From contig JAWBSP010000006.1 of assembly GCA_038842485.1 (NCBI GenBank), positions 1 to 55,301 on the forward strand: a DNA stretch of 55,301 nucleotides. The letters are read 5' to 3'. The notes beneath the pieces are model-generated. The model was not told the origin of the DNA, searched no databases, and saw only the letters and a program-made list of their open reading frames with translations. Below, piece by piece: positions 37,936 to 47,375 of the stretch. Source of the DNA: Candidatus Hadarchaeales archaeon. Its GTDB lineage: Archaea > Hadarchaeota > Hadarchaeia > Hadarchaeales > JAWBSP01. Both the position numbers and the translations under genes were made by a program. How positions within the stretch are numbered: position 1 is the stretch's first letter; the number at the start of each line of letters is the position of its first letter.

Positions 37936-38208
37936 ATGAGAGCCGAGCTCAAGGCACCCAAGGGGGTAATTAAGGTGGAACTTGAGACCGCCGCCGGGAA
38001 GATTCAAAAGATAAGGATAACCGGCGATTTCTTTTTGTATCCGGAGGAAGCCCTCGAGAAATTGGAGGAATCCCTCAAAAATGTCCCGCTGGAGGAGGCG
38101 GAGCTCATGAAGGTCGTCCGCAACTTCTTCGAGTCCGAACGCGTGCAGGCCCCCATGCTTGGACCGGAACACTTTGTGGAGGCGATTCTGAGGGCAGCCA
38201 GAGGATGA
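37936..38208 (+). CDS. lplB: Lipoate-protein ligase accessory subunit (LplB)
   Basis: ITGDFFLYPEEALEKLEESL; coupled to lplA. Confidence 0.85.
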   Translation: MRAELKAPKGVIKVELETAAGKIQKIRITGDFFLYPEEALEKLEESLKNVPLEEAELMKVVRNFFESERVQAPMLGPEHFVEAILRAARG

Positions 38209-38960
38209 GGTGGAGAGTACTTCCGCTCAGGAGGGACGACCCATTCATGAGCATGGCTTTAGACGAGGCAATTCTCAAGCTGAATTCTCTCGGAAAATCC
38301 CCCAACACCCTGAGGTTCTGGACCTGGTGCCCCTCGGCAGTTTCCATCGGATATTTCCAGAGTGTTGAACTGGAGGTGGACCTAGAGGCCGCCAGGGAGA
38401 GGGGGGTAGAGGTGGTGAGGCGCATAACGGGTGGAGGTGCGGTCTTCCACGACAAGGATGGGGAGCTCACCTACAGCCTGGTTTGCGGGGGCGAGGACCT
38501 GCCGGCCGACATTCTCGAATCCTACCGAAAAGTTTGTGCCGGTCTGGTTGCGGGGTTGCGGAAACTAGGGCTACAGGCGGAGTTCAGGCCCGTCAACGAT
38601 GTTCTCGTCGGGGGTAGGAAAATTTCCGGAAGCGCGCAGACGAGGCGCTGGGGGTCCGTGCTCCAGCATGGAACCATACTTCTTGATCCGGATTTCCAGG
38701 TCATGTTTCAGGTTTTGAGGGTGGGCAGGGAGAAAATATCCGACAAGGGGATCGCCTCCCCCCTTGAGAGGGTCACCAGCGTGGCAAGGGAGCTGGGCAG
38801 ACGCCCGGCAGTGGAGGAGGTCAGGGAGGCGATGATCATGGGATTCTCGGAGGCTCTGGATGTGAGGTTTGAGGAGGGGGACCTCTCGGCCGAGGAAATG
38901 GAATTTGCCCTTCAGCTGAGGGAAAAGTACAGCTCGAGGGAATGGACCCACAGGCGATGA
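38205..38960 (+). CDS. lplA: Lipoate-protein ligase catalytic subunit
   Basis: MALDEA, VSIGYFQS, RRITGGGAVFHD, KISGSAQ, LQHGT. Confidence 0.92.
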   Translation: MRWRVLPLRRDDPFMSMALDEAILKLNSLGKSPNTLRFWTWCPSAVSIGYFQSVELEVDLEAARERGVEVVRRITGGGAVFHDKDGELTYSLVCGGEDLPADILESYRKVCAGLVAGLRKLGLQAEFRPVNDVLVGGRKISGSAQTRRWGSVLQHGTILLDPDFQVMFQVLRVGREKISDKGIASPLERVTSVARELGRRPAVEEVREAMIMGFSEALDVRFEEGDLSAEEMEFALQLREKYSSREWTHRR

Positions 38961-39805
38961 GAAAATTTCTCGCATGCTACCCGCAGCCAGCCTTTCCCTC
39001 CGTCTCGCTCACCGGCACCAGATGCGATCTCTCCTGCAAGCACTGTATGGGGAAGTACCTTCGCTTTATGATTCCATGCGAGAAGCCGGAGGAGCTCCTG
39101 AGGGTGGGATTTGAACTCGCTGCACAAGGGGCAAAGGGCCTGCTCATCAGTGGGGGATATAACTCTGCCGGACACGTTCCGCTCGAGCCCTTCTTGGGCG
39201 CCCTCAGACTGCTGAAAAAAGAGACGGGTCTCTTTCTGAACCTGCACACTGGCCTGGTTCCCAAGGGGCTCGTTCAGGAGCTGGCCGAGATCGAGGTGGA
39301 CATGGTGAGCTTCGACCTCGTCGGCGATGGGGAAACGGTCGAGATGGTTAGCGGGATTAGAAGGGAGCCGGAGGAGTACGGGGCGGTCCTGGCTGAACTC
39401 CTCTCATCCATTCCGCACGTGGTACCCCATATCTGCCTCGGTCTGCACGCGGGGAGGATGGTTGGGGAATCGAGGGCGATCCGGATGTTGATGGAGCTGG
39501 AGGTGAGATCAGTGGTTTTCCTTGTACTCATTCCAACGAGGGGCACTCCCTTTGAAAGAGTCCCCCCTCCCCAGCTGGTTGAGGTTGAGCGGATTTTTAC
39601 GGAGGCTAGGGAGAGACTTCCCAAGGCCGAGCTCATCCTAGGCTGCATGAGGCCAGGGGGAAGGTACAGGGAAAAATTGGATGAGCTGGCGCTCCGGAAG
39701 GGGTTCAGTCGAATAGCCTTACCGAGCCCCCGAACGGTGGGGCTGGCGAAGGAGATGGGTCTGGAGGTGGAGAGGCTTGAGGGCTGCTGCGCCATTCCCA
39801 TCTGA
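38957..39805 (+). CDS. lipS1: Radical SAM lipoyl synthase subunit LipS1
   Basis: CDLSCKHC, GCMR and C-terminal CC motifs; adjacent to lplAB and gcv. Confidence 0.82.
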   Translation: MRKFLACYPQPAFPSVSLTGTRCDLSCKHCMGKYLRFMIPCEKPEELLRVGFELAAQGAKGLLISGGYNSAGHVPLEPFLGALRLLKKETGLFLNLHTGLVPKGLVQELAEIEVDMVSFDLVGDGETVEMVSGIRREPEEYGAVLAELLSSIPHVVPHICLGLHAGRMVGESRAIRMLMELEVRSVVFLVLIPTRGTPFERVPPPQLVEVERIFTEARERLPKAELILGCMRPGGRYREKLDELALRKGFSRIALPSPRTVGLAKEMGLEVERLEGCCAIPI

Positions 39806-40754
39806 GGTTAGGGTTGCCTTCGGTACCGGAGTGCTCCTAGGCTTCTGGCAGGCGAGGCTGTCGGTAGCACCCACCACGGCCCACTTGTTGGTGTATTCGC
39901 CCGATGGATGCTCGGCCAACTGTGGGTTCTGCGCTCAGGCGAGGGGGAGCAGGGCCAATCCCGACCTGCTTTCCAGGGTTCCCTGGCCCGTGGTGAGGTT
40001 TCGGGAGGTGGTGGAGAGGCTGAAGGGTTGCTCGGTTTTCAGAAGGGTCTGCTGTCAGGGCATGAACTTTCCAGGCGCCGTCGACGTCCTGTTTCGGATG
40101 GTTTCGGAGCTACAATCCTGCGGGCTTCCCCTTTCCGTTTGTTGCCAGCCTCTCAGTCCGGAGGAGATGGAAAGGTTCCGGGAGCTCGGGGTGGAACGGG
40201 TGTGCGTCCCCCTCGATGGAGCCTCGCCGGAAATCTTCGACAAGGTGAAAGGAGAAAGGGCAGGCGGGCCCTATCGGTGGGAGGAACACTGGAACTCCCT
40301 GCGGGAGGCTACAACGATCTTTAGGGGAAGGGTGACCACGCACCTCCTCGTGGGCCTGGGGGAGACCGAGGAGGAGATCTTCAACTGTCTGCTGCGTTTG
40401 CGTGAACTGGGCGTGGAGGTCGCCCTCTTCGCCTTCACCCCCATCAGGGGCACGGCCTTGGAGCACCTTTCCCCCCCATCCCTCAAAACTTACCGGAGGG
40501 TTCAGATGGCCAGATACCTACTCTCCAAGGGGGAGGGCGGGGTCAATCTGAGAAACGGCAGGCTGGTATTCCAGGGGGAAAGGGCGTGGCGGGCGGTGGA
40601 GTCGGGAGAGCCTTTTCTGACGAGTGGCTGTCCAGGGTGCAACCGGCCCTTCTTTAACGAGTCGCCTAGGGGTCCCATCTATAACTTCCCCCGCATGCCC
40701 ACCCGGGAGGAACTGAGAGAGATAAGATCCCAGCTGGCCCCCGCGATGGAGTAG
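39777..40754 (+). CDS. lipS2: Radical SAM lipoyl synthase subunit LipS2
   Basis: CSANCGFC and TSGCPGCNRP motif. TTG start preceded by GGAGGTG. Confidence 0.85.
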   Translation: MRAAAPFPSEVRVAFGTGVLLGFWQARLSVAPTTAHLLVYSPDGCSANCGFCAQARGSRANPDLLSRVPWPVVRFREVVERLKGCSVFRRVCCQGMNFPGAVDVLFRMVSELQSCGLPLSVCCQPLSPEEMERFRELGVERVCVPLDGASPEIFDKVKGERAGGPYRWEEHWNSLREATTIFRGRVTTHLLVGLGETEEEIFNCLLRLRELGVEVALFAFTPIRGTALEHLSPPSLKTYRRVQMARYLLSKGEGGVNLRNGRLVFQGERAWRAVESGEPFLTSGCPGCNRPFFNESPRGPIYNFPRMPTREELREIRSQLAPAME

Positions 40755-40799
40755 TTGGGTATTCTGCCTCCCAGAGTCATGCGTTAAGAGATTGAAACT

Positions 40800-41840
40800 T
40801 TATTCCAGTTGTAAGGTAGCGGTAATGCAGTAATCCGGTGGGAGATTGAAAATCTCTCTGAATATCCTTTCACTCAGTTCAGCAGCCTCCTCGACCTCAA
40901 CTCTTTTGTTATATGTGTATCCCATGAGGGTTCCTACTCTCACAGTCGCCAATCTTGAAACGGCGAAAACTACCGCGGGGAAGAGTTCCTTAGAATCTGA
41001 GACTCTACATTTTGGGTTTCTAAGAAGCTTCTCGGATATTCTCACTACAGTCTCCAAGAACTTTGGATCGCGCTTTCTCCCCATCTCGTTGAGGGTTTCG
41101 GGAGCGATTGACTCTTCCTCTAGTATTTTCTGGACCTCTTTCTCGAAGGGGTGAAGCCCGCTCCTCATCTCTTGGCGTGAGAACCCTTCACTCACCAGTT
41201 TCTCTGTTTGGTCGCGAGTTAACTGTTGGCCAGGTATATCACAGAGCACGGTTTGTTTCCCTCTCTCACCAGCAAACTGGATGAACTTTCCAGTGGTCGG
41301 TTCTTTGAAGATCACGAAATTTCCGGAACCTCCTTCTCGGGTGATTTTTAGCAGTCTTTCTTTAAAAACTTCAATTCTCTCTTCTCTTTTCATTTTTCTT
41401 GCTTCAGGTTTATTTTCTCCTCTCTTTCGGATTTTCTCGTATAGCCTCCCACCCGGTAACCAGTCCTTTACTGTTTGTATGTTGGGTTTCCATATACGTT
41501 GTTTGATTCCCAACCCTTCTAAAATCTTCCAGATTTCCTCTTTCTCCTTTTCGTCGCAGTAGACGCACATCACCATGCGTCCTCTCCCTAACGAGGAGGG
41601 TTCACGCAAGTATTTGACAGCAGGAATCTTTCCAGACTCAACATACGGCTCAAGTTTCTTAGCGAGTTCATCCAGTTTAGGCCGTTCCCGCCCGAAAACC
41701 AGCCACTTACCCCCACGAACAATGAAGTCCTTTTTGGTGGGCCACTTTTCCCTTATCTTTTTCTTATCTGAGGGCAAGACGAAAATCCAGGGACTCTGAG
41801 GCTCGTCGACTATCACATTTGTCTTGGCGCAGCAGGACAA
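40800..41840 (-). CDS. Hypothetical two-domain protein, AT-rich (likely acquired)
   Basis: 346-aa ORF, visibly lower GC than flanks; N-terminal GKWLVF...MCVY...WKP motif. Confidence 0.65.
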   Translation of the reverse strand: MSCCAKTNVIVDEPQSPWIFVLPSDKKKIREKWPTKKDFIVRGGKWLVFGRERPKLDELAKKLEPYVESGKIPAVKYLREPSSLGRGRMVMCVYCDEKEKEEIWKILEGLGIKQRIWKPNIQTVKDWLPGGRLYEKIRKRGENKPEARKMKREERIEVFKERLLKITREGGSGNFVIFKEPTTGKFIQFAGERGKQTVLCDIPGQQLTRDQTEKLVSEGFSRQEMRSGLHPFEKEVQKILEEESIAPETLNEMGRKRDPKFLETVVRISEKLLRNPKCRVSDSKELFPAVVFAVSRLATVRVGTLMGYTYNKRVEVEEAAELSERIFREIFNLPPDYCITATLQLE

Positions 41841-41896
41841 ATATCCCCTGGCTTATCTAACACCCTTTTCGGTACCAATTAGTGAAAAAAGTCAGT

Positions 41897-42898
41897 CTAG
41901 CTTATCCTTAAAACCCCGCTTCCCCTGTACTCTCCTCTCTTGAGAGCAATAAGGGCCCTGTTGGCCTCCTCCAGCCTGAACTCCGTCACCTCGGGCCTGA
42001 TCGGAATTTCCGCCGCCACCTTTAGGAATTCTCTCACGTCCTGGCGGGTAATGTTGGCCACGCTCTTCACCTCCTTCTCCTGCCAGAGGTGCATGACATA
42101 GTCGAGCTCTGGGATGGGCGATTCCTTTCTTATCAGGTTCATCACCAGCCTTCCCCCCCTTTCGAGGTTCCTTAAGGCCTCTCTTACGGTTTCCCCCGAG
42201 GGCGCGGTGTCGAGGGCGCGGTGGAGCTTCTTGGGAGGCGTGTCCCCAGTTTCCCCCACCCAGTCAGCACCCTGTTTTTTGGCCAGTTCGCTCGCCCTGT
42301 CTCCCCTTCTCTTGGTGAACACGTAGACCTCGGAAGAGGGGAAGAAGTGCCTAATGAGCTGATGGACTACATGGGCAGAGGATCCGTATCCATATAACCC
42401 TATCACCTCGCCGTCCTTCATTCCCGTGAGTCTCAGTGCCCTGTACCCGATGGCCCCTCCGCAGAGGAGGGGGGCGGCTTCCGCATCGGAGAAGATGGGA
42501 GGAAGGGGATAGGCGAACTCCCTCGGCACCACCATGTATTCAGCGTAGCCCCCGTCGACGTCGCATCCCGTCCCCCTGAACTGGGGGCAGAGGTTCTCCA
42601 TCCCCTGCAGGCAGAACCTGCACTTTCCGCACGCCCAGTAGATCCAAGCCACCCCCACTCTCTCCCCCCTCTCGTAGCCCGCTCCCTCCTCCACCCTTCC
42701 CACCACCTGATGACCGGGGATGACGGGGAGCTTGGTTTTGAGTCTCCCCTCCACCTCATCAAGCTCCGTCCTGCAGATCCCGCAGACCGAAATTCTGATC
42801 AGAATCTCTCCCTCGGCCGGTGAAGGCGCGGGTAACTCCTCCAGCGAGAGGGGATATTCCTCTATGTTGGCGGTTCTTCTCAGAACTGCCGCTTTCAT
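41897..42898 (-). CDS. Zinc-dependent alcohol dehydrogenase family protein
   Basis: CGICRT, IPGHQVVG, CGKCRFC...ENLC, GGYAEY, APLLCGGAIGYR. Confidence 0.9.
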   Translation of the reverse strand: MKAAVLRRTANIEEYPLSLEELPAPSPAEGEILIRISVCGICRTELDEVEGRLKTKLPVIPGHQVVGRVEEGAGYERGERVGVAWIYWACGKCRFCLQGMENLCPQFRGTGCDVDGGYAEYMVVPREFAYPLPPIFSDAEAAPLLCGGAIGYRALRLTGMKDGEVIGLYGYGSSAHVVHQLIRHFFPSSEVYVFTKRRGDRASELAKKQGADWVGETGDTPPKKLHRALDTAPSGETVREALRNLERGGRLVMNLIRKESPIPELDYVMHLWQEKEVKSVANITRQDVREFLKVAAEIPIRPEVTEFRLEEANRALIALKRGEYRGSGVLRIS

Positions 42899-42904
42899 CC
42901 TCTC

Positions 42905-43552
42905 TCACTTTCTCCTGCTCCGCTCGACGAACCGCAACCAGTAATCGATATCCTTTGGAGGTTTGTACTTGGGAGGCTTGTAGGTATACCGCGGGACCGA
43001 GTACTTTGGGGCAGTGTACCTAAGCTTGGGGAGAGTAAACCCCTTCCAACTCACCCCCAGGCCCCGGCGGAGCTTGGGGCGAAAGGAGGGCAGCCTGAAG
43101 CGTGGGACTGAATACTTTGGGGGAGTGTATCTAACTCGTGGGAGAGAAAATCCCTCCCATACCACTTCTGGGCCCCCGCGTCTGAGCTTGGGGCGAAAGG
43201 AGGGCAGCCTGAAGTGAAAGGAGGGCAGCTTCCACTCGGCCGGTGAACCCCACCCCAGAAGCACACCCACCAAGGAACTTAGGAACCAGAGGAACATCGT
43301 ACCCACCGCCGGGGACGCCTGCATCCATGCGCCTGCCAGCGGAGGGCCGAAGATGATGGCAACGAAAAGCGGTGCGAACAGAAGGCCTGTGATGACCGTC
43401 GCTACCATGCGTCCCAGCCCTACCCCCATCACCATGCTCCCCACGGCGCCCATCACCGTGTGCACGAGATGAGGCTGTCCACCCCTATAAATGAGTACAA
43501 TGGTTACAGCAATCAGGATCAAGCCCAGTATGAAAAGATTTCTCCCCCTCAT
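42905..43552 (-). CDS. Membrane protein with repetitive basic Pro/Tyr-rich C-terminal tail
   Basis: About 4 TM segments, then two ~38-aa repeats FRLPSFRPKLRRG...RYTxPKYSVPR. Confidence 0.65.
   Translation of the reverse strand: MRGRNLFILGLILIAVTIVLIYRGGQPHLVHTVMGAVGSMVMGVGLGRMVATVITGLLFAPLFVAIIFGPPLAGAWMQASPAVGTMFLWFLSSLVGVLLGWGSPAEWKLPSFHFRLPSFRPKLRRGGPEVVWEGFSLPRVRYTPPKYSVPRFRLPSFRPKLRRGLGVSWKGFTLPKLRYTAPKYSVPRYTYKPPKYKPPKDIDYWLRFVERSRRK
43070..43229. repeat. Internal direct repeat, period 114 bp
   Basis: GAGCTTGGGGCGAAAGGAGGGCAGCCTGAAG at 43070-43100 and 43184-43214; partial third copy at 43216-43229. Confidence 0.85.
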
Positions 43553-43576
43553 CCCCTTTCATTTTTCGATTTGAAA

Positions 43577-44959
43577 CTAATAGCTCTTCGCGAGTAGGGC
43601 GCTCTCCCCTTCCCCGCCGCACATCAAGCATTTTCCCCGCGTTCCCCCGACCTCGGTTCCCAGCACGCTCATCCCGCTCTCCACCTCCATCCGTTCCGCA
43701 CACTCCCTCCTTCCGCACCAGAAGACCCTGAGCACCCTCCCCTCCTTCCTCAGCTCCTGCGGCGAACTTACCTCGATGAGGGAACTCTCGAGCTTCTGCT
43801 TGGCCCTCTCCTTCAGGCGTCTCTCGATTTCGCCCAGTGTCTGCTCCACCTTCTTCTCCAGCTCGTTCATCGGCACCTCGGTCCTCTCCCTTGTGTCACG
43901 GGGGACCAAGGTCACCTTTCCCTCCCGAAGCTCCTTGGGCCCCACCTCTATTCTCAGGGGCACACCCTTCTTCTCCCAGAAATAGAATTTTTCCCCCGGT
44001 CTCCGGTCTCCCTCGTCCAGCTCCACTCGCAGGCCAGCCGCTTGGAGCCTGTTTTTCACCTCCCTCGCGAGTGGTGTCGGGTTGCAGTCCGCGTAGGGTA
44101 TGGGGACCACCACCACCTGAACGGGTGCCACGAGAGGCGGGAAGCAGGGACCCAGCTCGTCCCCGTGGATGAAGATGAGCGAGGCGATCACCCGCTCCGA
44201 GATTCCGTAGCAGGTCTGATGCACGAACTTGTGCGTTCCGTCCTTGTCGAGGTACTTGATGTCAAAAACCTTGGAGAACTTCTGCCCTAGGTTGTGGACG
44301 GTTCCTATCTGGAGTGCGTTACCCTCGGGGGAGAGGGTGTCGAAGGCGATGGAGTACTCGGCGCCGGCGAAGGTGTCCCAGGGCGGACGGCGCGTGATGA
44401 GGTAAGGGATGCCCAGCAGGTCGAAGAACTTCCTGTATATCTCCAAAGCCTCCCTCACCTGATTTTCAGCCTCCTCGGCTGTGGCGTGGACGGTGTGAGC
44501 CTCCTTGAAGGTGGTGACCTCCCTGACCCTTATGAGCGGCTTGGTCATCTTGGTTTCGCACCTGAAAACGCTGACGATCTGGTAGAGCTTGAGCGGGAGG
44601 TCGGTGTGCGAGCGGATCCAGAGGGCAAACATGGGATACATGGCCGTCTCGCTGGTGGGCCTGAGCACCAGCTTCACGTCCAGATCAGCCCCTCCTCCCC
44701 TGGTCACCCAGAACACCTGATTTTCGAAGCCCCTTATGTGCTCAGCCTCCTTTGAGAATTGATCCTCGGGGATGAGGAGGGGGAAGAGAACCTCCTGGTG
44801 GCCGCTCCGGTCCAGCAATTCCCTAATGAGTCCAACAACTAGGTTCCTGAGCTTCATCCCGTACGGGAGCCAGACATACATTCCCTTTCCGGGATACCTA
44901 GTGTCGACGAGTTCGGCCTCGGTCAGCACTCTCTCGAACCACTCGGTGAACTCCTTCAT
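43577..44959 (-). CDS. proS: Prolyl-tRNA synthetase (archaeal/eukaryotic type)
   Basis: [30 protein letters not shown]-terminal AKSY. ATG 44959 overlaps the peptidase stop. Confidence 0.95.
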   Translation of the reverse strand: MKEFTEWFERVLTEAELVDTRYPGKGMYVWLPYGMKLRNLVVGLIRELLDRSGHQEVLFPLLIPEDQFSKEAEHIRGFENQVFWVTRGGGADLDVKLVLRPTSETAMYPMFALWIRSHTDLPLKLYQIVSVFRCETKMTKPLIRVREVTTFKEAHTVHATAEEAENQVREALEIYRKFFDLLGIPYLITRRPPWDTFAGAEYSIAFDTLSPEGNALQIGTVHNLGQKFSKVFDIKYLDKDGTHKFVHQTCYGISERVIASLIFIHGDELGPCFPPLVAPVQVVVVPIPYADCNPTPLAREVKNRLQAAGLRVELDEGDRRPGEKFYFWEKKGVPLRIEVGPKELREGKVTLVPRDTRERTEVPMNELEKKVEQTLGEIERRLKERAKQKLESSLIEVSSPQELRKEGRVLRVFWCGRRECAERMEVESGMSVLGTEVGGTRGKCLMCGGEGESALLAKSY

Positions 44960-46008
44960 AGGTGACCCGTGAGCGGGAGGCACCCGTCCTTCTTCACCAG
45001 GAACATATCCTCCCACCTTGCCCCGCCTCTTTTCGGCACGTAAAGTCCCGGCTCGAGGGTTATCACCATCCCCTCTCTCACCACATCCTTTGACCCTGGT
45101 CCGAGGCTCGGGCGCTCGTGGATTCGCAGCCCCACCCCATGTCCGAGTCCGTGTGCGAAGAACTTGGCGTCCTTCCCAAGTTTCTTCCTGGCGAGCGAGT
45201 CCAGATCACCGGCCTTCGCGCCCTCCCTGACCTCCTCTCTTATCTGCTCCTGTGTGGTCCTCACCTTCTCTATCAGCGGGGAGCCCTCCTTTCCCACCCT
45301 GAACGTTCTCGTAAGGTCGGAGCAGTATCCCTGGTAGATGGCACCCAGATCCACCACCACATGATCTCCCTTCTGTAGAACCCTATCGCTGGTTGTGGCG
45401 TGCGGAATCCAGGAGTTTGCACCAGAGGCCACGATGGTGGGGAAGGGTGTTCCCTCTGAGCCGCTTTTCCTCATGAGGTATTCCGCCTCGGCTGCTATCT
45501 CCCTCTCCGTTCTTCCGGGTTCTATCAGCTCGGATGCTCTTTTCATGCCCGCCTCGGCAATCCTCGCGCTCCTTTTCAGGAGTTCTATTTCGTGTGGGAG
45601 CTTCACCATCACTAGGTCCTCCACTAGGGCGGGGAGCTCTAGGCATTCCACCCCCTCCGCCCCAAGCTTCCTCACCATCTCTAGGGAAGCGTGTTCAATC
45701 CCAATCCTTCTGGCTTTTATCTCTTGCAGGCAGGAAAGCAGGAATTTCCAAAATTCCCCCACGAAGAGCCTCTCCTCCTCCCGGCTGGGAACCTCCACCT
45801 CGCAGTACGTTCTGACATCCTTGAAGGGCCCCCTCCGAAGCAGCTCGAAATCCACCCTGCTGGAGAGGACGATGGGAGTCTCCTGCGCTGGGACCACTAG
45901 GCAACCCGAAGGAAGGCCGAAGTACCTAACGCTCCTGTTTATCACAAAGGCGTCAAGGTTTTCGGAAACGATTTTCTCCCTGAGCCCTCGCAGCCTCTCC
46001 CGAATCAT
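44956..46008 (-). CDS. Xaa-Pro peptidase (M24B, prolidase-like)
   Basis: PHAT, VDLGA...[34 protein letters not shown]. Confidence 0.92.
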   Translation of the reverse strand: MIRERLRGLREKIVSENLDAFVINRSVRYFGLPSGCLVVPAQETPIVLSSRVDFELLRRGPFKDVRTYCEVEVPSREEERLFVGEFWKFLLSCLQEIKARRIGIEHASLEMVRKLGAEGVECLELPALVEDLVMVKLPHEIELLKRSARIAEAGMKRASELIEPGRTEREIAAEAEYLMRKSGSEGTPFPTIVASGANSWIPHATTSDRVLQKGDHVVVDLGAIYQGYCSDLTRTFRVGKEGSPLIEKVRTTQEQIREEVREGAKAGDLDSLARKKLGKDAKFFAHGLGHGVGLRIHERPSLGPGSKDVVREGMVITLEPGLYVPKRGGARWEDMFLVKKDGCLPLTGHL

Positions 46009-46041
46009 TTCAATGAAGCTCTGGGGAAGTTATTATCATGA

Positions 46042-46593
46042 ATGGGAGGGGAGGCCAAGAAAAGGGAGATAAGGGAATTATACGATCAGACAGCGGTTTT
46101 CTACGACCGGCGCTACAGGGAAATCCAGCTCCAGAAATACAGGCTGGCGGAACGGTATCTCTCCCCCTGCGAGCGCCTGCTGGAGGTGGGCTGCGGGACG
46201 GGGCTTTACCTCCGCCGGCTTCGCAAGCTTGCCAAGGTGCTCGTGGGAATTGACCTCTCGGGTGGCATGCTGAGGAGAGCTAGGGGCAGGGGCACGCTCC
46301 TCGTCCTAGCAGATGCGGAGCAGCTTCCCTTCAAAGATGGGACGTTTGATGAGGTTCTGTCCATAACAACCCTCCAAAATCTCCCAGATCCGGTTCGGGC
46401 GTTGGCGGAAATGAGGAGGGTTCTGCATGCGGGCGGGAGGCTGGTGGTAAGCTCCCTTAGGAAAAAGCATTCTTTACGAACTCTTAAGGAGATGGTGAGG
46501 GATGCGGGTCTCAGAATCCTAGAAGGGATTGACGAGAAGGGTTGCGAGGATGTGTTTGTGATCGCAACTAAAGAGGACGGGGGGAAGCTATGA
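46042..46593 (+). CDS. Class I SAM-dependent methyltransferase
   Basis: LLEVGCGTG, GIDLSGGML, ADAEQLPFKDGTFD. Confidence 0.9.
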   Translation: MGGEAKKREIRELYDQTAVFYDRRYREIQLQKYRLAERYLSPCERLLEVGCGTGLYLRRLRKLAKVLVGIDLSGGMLRRARGRGTLLVLADAEQLPFKDGTFDEVLSITTLQNLPDPVRALAEMRRVLHAGGRLVVSSLRKKHSLRTLKEMVRDAGLRILEGIDEKGCEDVFVIATKEDGGKL

Positions 46594-47375
46594 TGGGCAG
46601 GCCAGATTTCTCGAGCCTCGGAAGGTTGACCGTCAAGATAGGAACCAGCAGCCTCACGGACAGCGCTTCCAAGCTGGACGAGCGGAAGGTCAAAAAGTTC
46701 GTTCAGGACATCATGCAGGTCAGGAAGGGAAGGGAGATCCTGATCGTGACTTCAGGAGCCATAGGTGCTGGGATGGGGAGGCTCGGGCTGAAGGAGAGGC
46801 CCAGGCGGCTGGACATGCTCCAAGCAGCAGCGGCTGTGGGGCAGGGAATCCTGATGCAGACGTATGAAAAGTACTTTCTGACCCATGGACAGTCGGTTGC
46901 TCAGCTTCTTCTCACGGGAGAGGATTTCACGAATCCGCAGAGGCTGGAGAATTTCAAGGCCACCCTGCGCACCCTCCTCGGCTGGGGCGTGATACCGATC
47001 ATAAACGAGAACGACACCGTCGCCACGGAGGAGATAAAGATAGGGGACAACGACATACTTGCTGCATACGTCGCCATTCATTCGGCATCCCAACTGCTGG
47101 TGATACTGTCCGATGTGGATGGGCTCTTTACGGAGGATCCAAAGAACAGTTCTAAGGCACGGCTTGTGAGGGTGATCGAAAAAAGCTCTTCCCAGCTCGA
47201 CGACATCCTAAGACGTGCGCCCAAGAAGTTCGGGGGCATCTACAGCAAGATAGTGGCGGCTAGGATGGTGGGCGACCACGGAATTCCGACTCTCTTGGCA
47301 AATTTCGCCGAGAAAGATGTGCTTGGGAGAATTTTGAGGGGGGAGGAGATAGGAACCCTCATCCTGCCCAAATGA
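46590..47375 (+). CDS. proB: Glutamate 5-kinase (no PUA domain)
   Basis: VKIGTSSL, TSGAIGAG, QAAAAVGQ, PIINENDTV, GDNDIL. Confidence 0.95.
   Translation: MMGRPDFSSLGRLTVKIGTSSLTDSASKLDERKVKKFVQDIMQVRKGREILIVTSGAIGAGMGRLGLKERPRRLDMLQAAAAVGQGILMQTYEKYFLTHGQSVAQLLLTGEDFTNPQRLENFKATLRTLLGWGVIPIINENDTVATEEIKIGDNDILAAYVAIHSASQLLVILSDVDGLFTEDPKNSSKARLVRVIEKSSSQLDDILRRAPKKFGGIYSKIVAARMVGDHGIPTLLANFAEKDVLGRILRGEEIGTLILPK

Noticed and set aside
36538-38172. 544-aa version of the oxidoreductase
   Set aside because: The extension is antisense to lplB; the Rossmann motif starts right after GTG 37896.
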